Source: Eledone cirrhosa (lineage: Eukaryota). From it: DNA of 64,000 bases. The position numbers and the translations under genes are program-made. The stretch is taken from contig CAXHJY010000335.1 in the NCBI GenBank assembly GCA_964016885.1, forward strand, positions 1-64,000, given 5' to 3'. Numbering within the stretch: position 1 is the first letter of the stretch; every line of letters starts with the position of its first letter. Shown in pieces: positions 52,587 through 64,000 of the stretch. The notes below the pieces were generated by a model. The model made no database searches. It saw only the letters and a program-made list of their open reading frames with translations, and was not told the DNA's origin.

Positions 52587-53190
52587 GGTGGCTGCCAACT
52601 CGTTTTCGAGTACGGCCACTACTTTATATCCATGTAGGAGAACCCCTACCGATGCGCTGAACGAGTGTGACTTTTTAGTCCAGCCAGCGACTTGAAAACT
52701 CTGGTACAAACACTACACTTGTGACAATTATTGACACAGTGTACATGGTACCATGTGACGACAAGTGCAGAGAGATCTCCAGATACAAAGCAATGCCTGT
52801 GCCGTGAAGCTTTTATAATGAGCAAAGGAACTGCACAAAGCTAGTCCCACTCTCTTAACCAAGATGATATTTACCAAAAAGAAGAACAAGTCAACATCAT
52901 TGGATACCATCAGGGTTGCAGGTGTTATATCAGAGTTTTCCTTCTCCTAGAATTCTGCCTTGACAAAGGCTAAGGGGTCATCTCTCCCGGTGATTTTGGA
53001 TGGCCATTGACTCTTAAGAGCTCCTCTGCCCTTTGACAGGTTTTGTTTTTAGTCCTGCAGGATGTCCAAAGTCACCTTCCTCACCAAGAAACCTTGGTGG
53101 GGTTGCCAGTTTAGTCGCCAACGACCCAACCATGAGACAGGTTGTACTGGGATACATGTTACCAGTAGCACCAACTGGTGACCTGACATA
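52587..53190 (-). mobile_element. Short non-autonomous RTE-related element ending in (TATG)n; partial copy at 60623-60963
   Basis: 3' end TGGCCGTACTCGAAAACGAGTTGGCAGCCACCATGTATG aligns with the RTE-type tail at 56995-57030. Confidence 0.6.
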
Positions 53191-53247
53191 TCATACATAC
53201 ATACATACATACATACATACATACATACATACATACATACATACATA

Positions 53248-53556
53248 GGACATCTACGGACCATTGATGAGGAGTTTACAAATCCAATATCCAAGATACA
53301 CCTTTAGCTTCATACCCATCATTATTGGAGCTACGGGTTATATACCAACCCGCTTGGACCAAAGTATGACTGAACTTGGATTTGCGGACAAAAAGCGCAG
53401 CTCCCTAATTCATAGTCTACAAATGACTGCGATAGCTGGCACCTTCAAAATTTGCAAAACATTCTTGCGATTCAAGGGATGACAATTTCTTTTCTTTTAC
53501 AACCTTGCCACCAGGAAGGTGGCCGGTCAAAAAAATATACTCGAAATTAAGAGAAA
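53248..53556 (+). mobile_element. 3' fragment of an R4/Dong-like RLE element in (CATA)n
   Basis: FIPIIIGATGYIP..GTFKICKTFL* is paralogous to the C-terminus at 56540-56728. Confidence 0.75.
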
Positions 53557-53590
53557 CATACATACATACATACATACATACATACATACA

Positions 53591-53620
<30 letters not shown>

Positions 53621-53621
<1 letters not shown>

Positions 53622-56600
53622 CTAACTCGACTATTGTGGAAAATACTATCGATAATGATAATCAAAAGTATAAACAATTGAAAATTTCCCTCAATGAAAT
53701 CTTCCAGAGAGAAATTAATTCATGTATAAATATCTCTCTTGCTGAACATGTTAAAATGACAATGTTGAATAAAAAACCAAATAATGAAATATTACGTGTT
53801 ATTGACGAAATAGGGGATGAATATTTACGACGGATAAAAACCCCAACATTTTGGCAAATCAACGCCTGTTTATATGCCTTAGCAATGACAGTGAAGCATT
53901 ATCTTGGTGACAGCAGAGATATTAACAAGAACAAAACACCACCAAAAATACCATCATATATAACTAAAATAGAAAAAAAGATTGCTGACCTACGAAAAAA
54001 ATATAGGATATGTGACAATGCTCCTTACATGCAAACAAACGCAAAAAAACCTCACTCCTCGCCAACAAATAGTGAAAAATAAAATAGAGACGATGTTTGG
54101 TAACAGTAGAACCAGAACTCCCCAATATAAGCTGATCACCCTCAAACAAGAATTGAGAGCTCTTAGCGAAAAACGCCGATACCTGAAGAAGGTAGATGAG
54201 AGAAAAGTGCTTAATAAAAGATTCAGACGAAACCAAACATCAGTCTATAGAGATATGAAGGGCAAAATAATAAATGTCACTGAGGCCCCATCCCAGAAAG
54301 ACATAGATTCTTTTGGAGCAAAATATGGGGTGAAAAGATGAATTTCAACCAAGATGACGTGTGGCTAAGAGAAATCCGAAAGAACTATTGCTCCTACACT
54401 ACAACAAAAACATACGAAATAAGTGAGGGTACCCTTGAGACTCTAATAGGAAAACTCCAAGATAAGAAAACACCAGGAAGAGACATGATTGTCGGCTACT
54501 GGTACAAAAAAACTGACCTCTACCAACAAGTTCTTAAGGGAGATACACTTATACCAGAATGGTTGACATTAGGACAAACATTACTGGTCCCCAAGAACTA
54601 AGACACCCACTTGGAAAAAAACTACCGACCCATTGCATGCCAGAACCTGATGTATAAGATGTATTCAGCCTGCCTGAACCTATTCCTCCAAGATCACTGT
54701 GAAAATAATAACATCATCACAGCTGAACAAGCAGCTGGAAAGAAAGGGGTTTGGGGATGTGCTGAACAACTCCTAATCAACAAAACTGCGATGTCGGAGG
54801 TGCGACAACTTAGGAGGAATATGACTACAGTCTGGCTGGACTACAGGAAAGCTTTTGATTCTGTTCCCCACTCTTGGATGATAGAGGCCCTCCAACTTGC
54901 TAAAGTCCCAGACATTATTGTCAGAGCCATAGAGAGGCTATCTTCTTCTTGGGCTACTATCCTAAGGTTAAAGACAGAGAGGGAGGACTCTATTTTTACT
55001 GATAAAATAAAATATTGCAGGGTATATTTCAGGGGGACAGTCTCTCTGTGATATTATTCATTTTGTTATTAAACCCCTTGTCCTTTCTGTTCAAGAAATG
55101 TGAGGGATACATCATTGGCTCACAGGAGGACAGAAATACGAACCTAACCCATAATTTCTTTGTGGACGATCTGAAACTCTATGCCAAGAACATGGATGGG
55201 ATGAAGAAAAATCTTGACCTGGTTACAACGTTCTCAAAGGATATAGGAATGGAGTTTGGCCAAGATAAATGCTCATACATGACTGTAAAGCGGGGAAAAA
55301 CAACAACCCAATCTAGCAACATTGTCATCAATGGCCTAACTGTTTCACCGATATCTGATGAGGACTGCTACAGATACCTGGGGATAGATGAGAACATATC
55401 CTATAATCGTATCTGTAATAAAGAACGCGTAACCAACGAATACTACACCCGATTAAGAAAGATCTGGTCATTGGAACTCTCTGCGCAAAACAAAACAGTG
55501 GCTCACAATGTGTTTGCTGTGCCTGTCCTAACACCAACATTTGGAATACTCAATTGGACGATAGACGAAATCCGAGCAGTTGATGTTGGAACTCGAAAAA
55601 TACTGAACAACACCGGAAACTTCCACATCAACAATGACATAGACCGCCTTTACTTAAAACGTAAGCAGGGAGGCAGAGGCCTAACATCAGTCCAAGCAAC
55701 ATTTGAATGTCGCATTATATCTCTCCGACAACATCTACGAACATCAAAGCGTAGGAGCTCGTTTCTCGAGCAAGTCTATCTGCATGAAACGGATAAGATC
55801 ATGAGAGTTGGGAAGGAACTCCTCGAGAGATATTCCCTGTGTGATAATCAAAAACTCACACCCAGGGATGTCGCACAGCAGTATCGCAGTGAATCCATGG
55901 ATGAAAAACTGCATGCCTATCAGCAAAAAAATCATGCATGGATATGTTGCCAGGAAGCTCCAGAGTGAGAGTAATATAGATAAACAAAGTAATCTATCTT
56001 GGACCAACAACCGCTATATTGGCTCCCACTTTGAAGGATACGCTTTTGCAATCCAGGAACAGGAGATTAGCACGAAATACCTGATTCACAAAAGAGATAG
56101 GGATGTAGGCAAAACACCTAGATGTGATAACAAATGCAGACTCTGCAGAACTAACATCGAGGATATCACCCATGTTGTCAGCAGCTGTCCAAAGATGTCA
56201 TCGTGGTACTATCTACCTATGAGGCATGATGTAGTGGCCAAAACACTGTACAATGCAGTTCGAAAAAAATATAGCCCCGATAATAAACACATTAAAAGCT
56301 ACAGCAATGTGGAAGACATCCATGTACATAATATGAAAGAGTACTGGTGGAATGTTCCAGTAAAAACCACAATAAAATGCAGGCATAACAGACCAGATAT
56401 TATGATATGGGACAGGGAGAAGAAAGCATGCACAGTAGTGGAAATTAGCTGCCCAGCAGATGCCAATATAATATCAAAGATTAGTGAAAAGGAGAACATT
56501 TATGCAGAACTGATGAGAAATTTGCATATACTCCACCCTGATTACACCTTCAGATTTATGCCTGTGATTATTTGGGCACTGGGATATGTTAGTAACTGCC

Positions 56601-56956
56601 TCAATACAAATCTTGAGAAGCTAGTCTTCACAGGAATAGAAAGAACACAACTAGTTAGGAAATTACAAGTACAATCCATTAATGGAACAGTAAAAATATG
56701 TAAGACATTCCAAAACTTTTGCATCTAATAACTGCATATACACATATTCAGATGCAAAGCATATACACATGCACACATACAACTCAAAACGTACACATCC
56801 ACACATACAATAACATCCATATCTACACATTCATGCATACATACATATCTACCTAGCTGGTGATGTGTAAATTCCAATGAGAGAGTCTTGTGTCTATGTT
56901 AGAAATCGACTCTCTCTCTATTGGTAAAACTTTGTGAAATTATAAAACCAGAAGAA
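53621..56956 (+). mobile_element. R4/Dong-clade non-LTR retrotransposon (RT, CCHC, RLE), frameshifted
   Basis: NYRPIAC, LDYRKAFDSV, GIFQGDSLS, FVDDLK, YRYLG, CRLC..HVVSSC, RHD, RPDI..VEISCP..KENIY; (CATA)n on both sides. Confidence 0.88.
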
Positions 56957-56994
56957 CATACATACATACATACGTACATGCATACATACATACA

Positions 56995-59900
56995 TGATAG
57001 CTGCCCCCTTGTTATCTAGTATGGCCATTGCACGAGAAAAAACCCCATAATAATAACAACAATAATAATAATAACAACAATAATAACAACAACAACAACA
57101 ATAATAATATACATATATATATATACTCACATGCACATACATAAACATATCTACACACACATGATAGCAATTAACAGCGCTGCGATCGAATGTGGTCTTT
57201 TAGCCCAGCCAATGATCTAAAATGTCTTGCACAGAGTTGGCAGCCAAAATATTCACTGGGAATAGCCGGCTGTGGTTGGAGTTCATGTACTTTTGCATGT
57301 CGCTTGAGCCCTCCTGCTGGTTTACATTCTCTACCACATGCTTGGCAAGCATGATGAGTAGCATCTCCAACAGCAGCCTGGTAGTCAACCACTGGTCTTA
57401 CTTTATGACTGCGAAGATGACTTTCGAGTCCAGCTTTGCTTAGGCAGAGTCTCGCACAGACGCTGCATGTCAGCACCATAGGAGGACCCTCGCCGTCTGG
57501 AAGTACAACAGCAATGCCCTTCCTCACATCCCGCTTTACTTTCTCGTATGCGATTCGAGATGCCTCAAAGGCAACTTTCCCCTCATACACAGTCTTTCTC
57601 CATTTATTACGATCAGCAGCAACATTTTCCCATGTATCAGCAGAGATGTTAGCGTCTTTCAAAGAGGTTTTCAAGGAATCCTTATACCTCTTTTTTGGTT
57701 TATGTGGCGGTCGTTCTCCTTTAACTAACTCTCCATAAAGAGTTGTTTGGGTATTCTAGAATCCTTCATCCTGGCAAGGTGACCACTCCAACGGAGTCGT
57801 TGCTTAAGCACAAGAGCTTCTATACTGTCACACAGAGAGTTTTCCAAAATCTCGACATCACTGATGTGGTCCCTCCAGCGAACGCCATGGATCCGTCTGA
57901 GACACATCTGATAGAAACGCTCCAATTGCTTAAGGTGGTGTCGATATGTGACCCAAATCTCACAGGCATAAAGAAGAGAAGAGAGCACACATGCTTTGTA
58001 CACCTTTACTTTTGTCGTCTTGCATATGTCTCGCCGACCCCAGAGTCGCCTTTCTAGCTTTCCGAAAGCATCACTTGCTTTCCTAATCCTGAGTGGGATT
58101 TCATTATCAAGGTTGCTGTATCGATTGACAGTGCTTCCCAGGTAGACAAACTGATCAACCACTCCAAGTCGTTTACCATACACATAGATATTTGGTTCAC
58201 TGTACTGCTTACCAGGGGCAGGTTGGTACATGACGACAGTTTTCTTGAGGCTGACAGTCAATCATAGGGCAGTGCAAGCATCAGAAAATGCATTCAAAAT
58301 GTGCTGCATATCACTCTCTGTGTGCGCTACAAGATCGCAATCATCTGCATACAAGAGGTCTCTTATGATTGATGTAAATACTTTTGTTTTTGCAGCAAAG
58401 CGCCTGATGTTAAATATGCTGCCTTAGGTTTGATATCGGATGTAAACACCATGATCGCAATTCCTGAATGCAATATAGTAAACCATTGCAAAGTATATGG
58501 CAAACAGGGTCGGTGCTGGAATATCCCCCTGTTTCACTCCATTTTTTATAGAGATAGGCTCTGACATGTTACCTCCGACATTAACCCAAGCCTTCATGTC
58601 GTCATGGAAAGACCTAACTAAAGCAAGGAACTTATCAGGGCAACCAAGTTTCTGGAGAACCTTCCATAATGCATTTCTGTAACAGTATAGAAAGCTTTTG
58701 TCAGATCGACAAAAACCTGATACAGATCCAAACCTTGTTCCATGCACTTCTCCTGGAGCTGTCTAGCTGAGAAGATCATATCAGTAGTGTCGCGTCCAGC
58801 ACGAAAACCAGATTGACTTTCAGGAAGAACACAATCTGCAATGTGTGTCAGCAGACGGTCCAGAAGCACCCTACATAAAACTTTCCCCACGACAGAAAGC
58901 AATGATATACCTCTGTAGTTCCCACAATCATTCCTGTTACCCTTTCCCTTGTACAAGACCACCATTACTGCATCTCTCCAGTCCTCAGGTACGGATTCAT
59001 TAGCCCATATCCTGCCAAACAAAGAGTGAAGATGCTGCAGAAGTCTCTCACCACCATATTGTAGGAGCTCTGCATATATGCCATCCATACATGGAGACCT
59101 TCCACTGTTCAGCTTCGAGATAACCACTGCAACCTCCACAAGCGTCGAAGGTTCTGCGAGAGATACTTTCACAGAACTTTCTGGAATGAGATTGTGGAAG
59201 TCTTCATTGACGACAGACGGCTGATTCAAAAGCTCATGAAAGTGCTCTCGCCACCTTCGTAGAATTCCTTGTGATGCACGAAGAAGTTCTTTGCCATCCT
59301 TGCTGCGAAGCGGTATCACAAGAGAAGAAGACGGTCCATAAACCTCACGCAAGAGACTGTACAACAGCTTTGTGTTATTGGAATCTGACGCAGTTTGTAT
59401 CTCATCAGCCTTCTCACTCCACCACTGATCCTTCATCTGAGAAAGACTCCGCCTAACACGTGATTTCACATCCTTGAGTTCCTTATGCAACATATTCTTC
59501 TTCTGTGGTTTTGCCATCAAGTAGCGTGACAGAGCACGCCTCTTATCAGCCAACAAGTCTTCTATATGTTCATCATTCTCATTGAACTAGTCTTGATGTT
59601 TTCTCTGCACCAATCCCAGAACACGCCTGCCTACATCATAAACCAACTTTTTAAGGGTCGGCCAATCCTCACCAAGATCTGCAACATGCATCTCTTCTCG
59701 CAATCTCCTCTTTACATTTTTATCCCTAAGACGAGCAGCATTCAATCTTCTGGGCAGGGCAACACCAGGAGCCCGGATTTTACGTTTAGTGATTAGTTTC
59801 ACTTTTGCGTGTACCAGGCGGTGGTCCGTCCAGCACTCAGCTCCACGAAGAGCACGAACACACTGCACATCCCGTCTGTTACGCATCCTGACTACGACGT

Positions 59901-60450
59901 AGTCCAAAAGATGCCATTCCTTAGATGCAGGATGCATCCATGTAGTCTTAAATTTGTTCTTTTGTTGGAACATGGTGTTGGTAACACACAGATCCAGCTC
60001 CTCACACATCTGCAGCAGGAGGATACCATTGTTGTTACACTTTCCCACCCCATACCAACCGATTCATTCCATGTGTTAAAATCCCTACCCACTTTAACAT
60101 TAAAATCACCAAGCACGATGACTTTGTCTGCCTGAGGGATATTTCTTAAAACACCTATCAAGGCATGGCAAAAGGACACTTTTTCTTCATTACAGAATTC
60201 ATAGTTGGAGCATACACACTCACCAGGGTCGCATATCTTCCTTTCTCCAGCGGAATTCTCGTGGACATAAGACGCTCACTAATCCCCACTGGGAATTCTT
60301 CTAATTTATTCACAAGAACAGTCTTAACAGCAAATGCTGCCTCAGCCTCTCTTCTGGTTCCTTCATCTCTTCCTTTCCAGAAGAATGTATATTCTCCACA
60401 AAATTCTGTAAGATGGCCATCTCCAGCTAACCTCGTCCCAGATAAAGCTA
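56995..60450 (-). mobile_element. RTE/BovB-like LINE, frameshifted, with three C-terminal C2H2 zinc fingers
   Basis: APE remnants (GDFN, LLDYV, TDH); RT (NYRGISLLS, DLTKAF, GVKQG, YADD); fingers in the 57171-57674 ORF. Confidence 0.88.
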
Positions 60451-60505
60451 TGATTTATGTATGTATTTATGTATGTATTTACAATTAAATACATACATGC
60501 CTACA

Positions 60506-60539
<34 letters not shown>

Positions 60540-60622
60540 CATACATACATGCATACATGCATACATACATGCATACATACATGCATACGTACAAATATAT
60601 ATACATTCATACATGCATACAT

Positions 60623-60963
60623 GGTGGCTGCCAACTCGTTTTCGAGTACGGCCACTACTTTATATCCATGTAGGAGAACTCCTACCGATACGCTGAACAA
60701 GTGTGACTTTTTAGTCCAGCCAACGACTTGAAAACTCTGGTACAAACACTACACTTGTGACAATTATTGACACATAGTGCTGGGCCCATGGCACCATGTG
60801 ACGACAAGTGCAGAGAGATCTCCATATATAAAGCAATGCCTGTGCCGTGAAGCTTTTATAGTGAGCAAAGGCACTGCACAAAGCCAGTCCCACTCTCTTA
60901 ACCAAGATAATATTTACCAAAAAGAAGAACAAGTCAACATCATTGGATACCATCAGGGTTGCA
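60623..60963 (-). mobile_element. Truncated copy of the 52587-53190 element
   Basis: Aligns to 52587-52920 with scattered substitutions and a small indel. Confidence 0.8.
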
Positions 60964-61022
60964 TACATATATACATACATACATACATACATACATACAT
61001 ACTTACATACATACATACATAC

Positions 61023-61053
<31 letters not shown>

Positions 61054-62669
61054 CATACATACTTACATACATACATACATACAGGCATACATACATACAT
61101 ACATACATACTTACATACATACATACTTACATACACTGACACATAGAGATACTATCACATTGCCACACTACTCTCACACATACACATAGTCATACTGCCA
61201 TAAATACACACACACTTACTCATAGTGATGCAGTCACATTACCATACAGACATACGCACACAGACACATAGTGAGACAGCTACACTACCACATAATCACA
61301 CTATCATACACACATACACACAGAGACATACACATAATTACTCTTTCACACAGTCACACTACCATGCACACACACATTTATATTGCCACCCCAGAACCTC
61401 ACTACGAAACACACACAATTATATTACTACACACCCACACTAGCATACATACACATACACACATGCACACACATACACATAATTACACACTCACACACTC
61501 AGTAATACTGTCACATATCCACTCTACCGTACACACAGTTATTGTTCCACACATCCGTATAGTGACAGGTCCACACTACCACAATTAAACGTTTAACACT
61601 GAGGTTCTCAATTTCTTTGGCGCCCGCCCCCTCCCCCTCGAAATACCCTCAGCGCACTCCGCCCCTATTTACAGACAGACCTGCATACACTGAAATTATA
61701 AATAATTGTTTCTACTTTTGGTACTTATGACAGTACATTACTGGTACTTTATTTTATCGACCCCGTAAGGACGAAAGGCAAAGTTAACTTCGGCGGGATT
61801 TGAACTCAGAATGGAAAGGGCCGAAACTCTATGCGTCAAAGAATGGCGTCCGACCCTCTACCATAAATAATATATAAATAACATCGTTAATTTATATATA
61901 ATAAATAATAATATATACTATGTATAAATAAATATATATTTTTTATTTTACTATATTTATATATATGTATCATTTGATATTTAATACACTATTATATAAT
62001 CTCTATCACCCCCTTAGGCTGCAATGCCTCCCTGGACATTCTCAACACCCTCGGGGGGTAGCACCCACTTTGAGAACCTGCTTCAACACAATAAAACATC
62101 CACTATAGGCAAAATCACCCCCTAAATAATTAATATCTTATCCACGAAACCTGATATTTATCACCAAAAATAAATTCAAACCAAATTCCAATCTAATCCA
62201 GACCTCACTCCTGTTAGAGAACCCCTCCCCCCTTGTTGACCCCCACCGCTTTCTGTTTGGTTTTGGTCATGTCAGGGCTGTAGCCATACTCACCACGCTT
62301 GGCCAATTGCGGGTTGGTGAGGCTATTTAACTTAATAAAGATAACGAATTAAAATTGAAATTAAAATCAACCCACAACCCTGGTATTAAGAGGACGAATT
62401 TCATCAGGCCATAATCGCTCTCAATATTGGGTTTATGTCCAGTTAAGGTTAGGGTTAGCGCTAAGATTAGGGTTAGCGTTTATATTATATTATATTTTGG
62501 CAGTATCGGTAGAGGGTCGGACGCCAAGCTTTCCAACATAGTTACGTCCCTTTACGATCTGAGTTCAAATCCCGCCGAGGCTAACTTTGCCTTTCATCCT
62601 TACGGGGTCGATAAAATAAAGTACCAGTAATGTACTGGGTAATTGCTGGCCTTGTGCCTAAACTAGAAA

Positions 62670-64000
62670 CAATTATATTATATTATATTATATTTTATTA
62701 TATTATATTATACTATATTATATCCCCGCCGAGGTTGACTTTGCCTTTCATCCTTACGGGGTCGTTAAAATAAAGTACCAGTAATGTACTGGGTAATTGC
62801 TGAATCAATTATATTATACTTTATTATATTAAATTATACTATATTATATTATATTATACTATATTATATCCCCGCCGAGGTTGACTTTGCCTTTCATCCT
62901 TACGGGGTCGTTAAAATAAAGTACCAGTAATGTACTGGGTAATTGCTGAATCAATTATATTATACTTTATTATATTAAATTATACTATATTATATTATAT
63001 TATACTATATTATATTATACTGTATTATAATATATATTATATTATATTATATTATATTATACTATATTATATTATATTATACTATATTATATTATACTGT
63101 ATTATAATATATATTATACTATATTATATTATATTATACTATATTATATTATACTGTATTATAATATATATTATATTATATTATATTATATTATACTATA
63201 TTATATTATATTATAATCCCGCCGAGGTTAACTTTGCCTTTCATCCTTACGGGCTTGATAAAATAAAGTACCAGTAATGCACTGCGTAATTGCTGGCCTT
63301 GTGCCGATAGTAGAAACAATTATATTATATTATATTATACTATATTATATTATACTATATTATATTATATTATATTATATTATATTATATTATATTATAT
63401 TATATTATATTATATTATATTATATTATATTATATTATATTATATTATATTATATTATATTATATTATATTATATTATATTATATTATATTATATTATAT
63501 TATATTATATTATATTATATTATACTAGCGGTGGATTGGCGGTATAGGTATAGGGTCAGACATGCTTTCCAGCGTAGTTACGTCTCTTTACGATCTGAGT
63601 TCAAATCCCGCTGAAGTTAACTTTGCCTTTCATCCTTACGGGGTCGATAAAATAAAGTACCAGTAATGTACTGGATAATTGGTGGACTTGTGCCTAAAGT
63701 AGAAACAATTATATTATATTATATTACTTGTGCCTAAAGTAGACTTGTGCCTAAAGTAGAAACAATTATACTATACTATACTATACTATACTATACTACA
63801 CTACACTACACTACACTACACTACACTACACTACACTACACTACACTACACTACACTACACTACACTACACTACACTACACTACACTACACTACACTACA
63901 CTACACTACACTACACTACACTACACTACACTACACTACACTACACTACACTACACTACACTACACTACACTACACTATACTATATTATAATATATTATA
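62670..64000. repeat. (ATATT)n and (ACACT)n pentanucleotide arrays with tandem SINE fragments
   Basis: Seen directly; SINE core repeated at ~62723, 62870, 63217 and 63600. Confidence 0.9.

Noticed and set aside
62445-62480. TTAGGG-like motifs
   Set aside because: Only two or three degenerate units; not an interstitial telomere

Overview
AT-rich, microsatellite-dense animal DNA; the repeat content looks cephalopod/Octopus-like (inference). The minus strand carries a split gene for the HELQ (HEL308/POLQ-like) DNA helicase. I traced 16 coding exons from the ATG at 48709 to the left window edge, with consistent splice phases and one GC-AG intron. Introns and upstream DNA are packed with retroelements. 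(1) Four co-oriented Tx1/L1-clade LINEs, one with an intact 1153-aa ORF2, all insert at the same position of one GATAGATA variant unit in a 16-bp minisatellite, which suggests a sequence-specific retrotransposon and its landing array. (2) A Penelope-like element has a 773-bp near-perfect inverted repeat carrying a hammerhead ribozyme in each arm. (3) An RTE LINE with an intact 1006-aa ORF sits in (TA)n. (4) A (CATA)n hotspot upstream holds R4/Dong-like RLE elements, an RTE with three C-terminal C2H2 fingers and a related short element. Mariner, Helitron, MITE and SINE remnants fill the rest. Identities and family assignments are by eye; no database search was possible.
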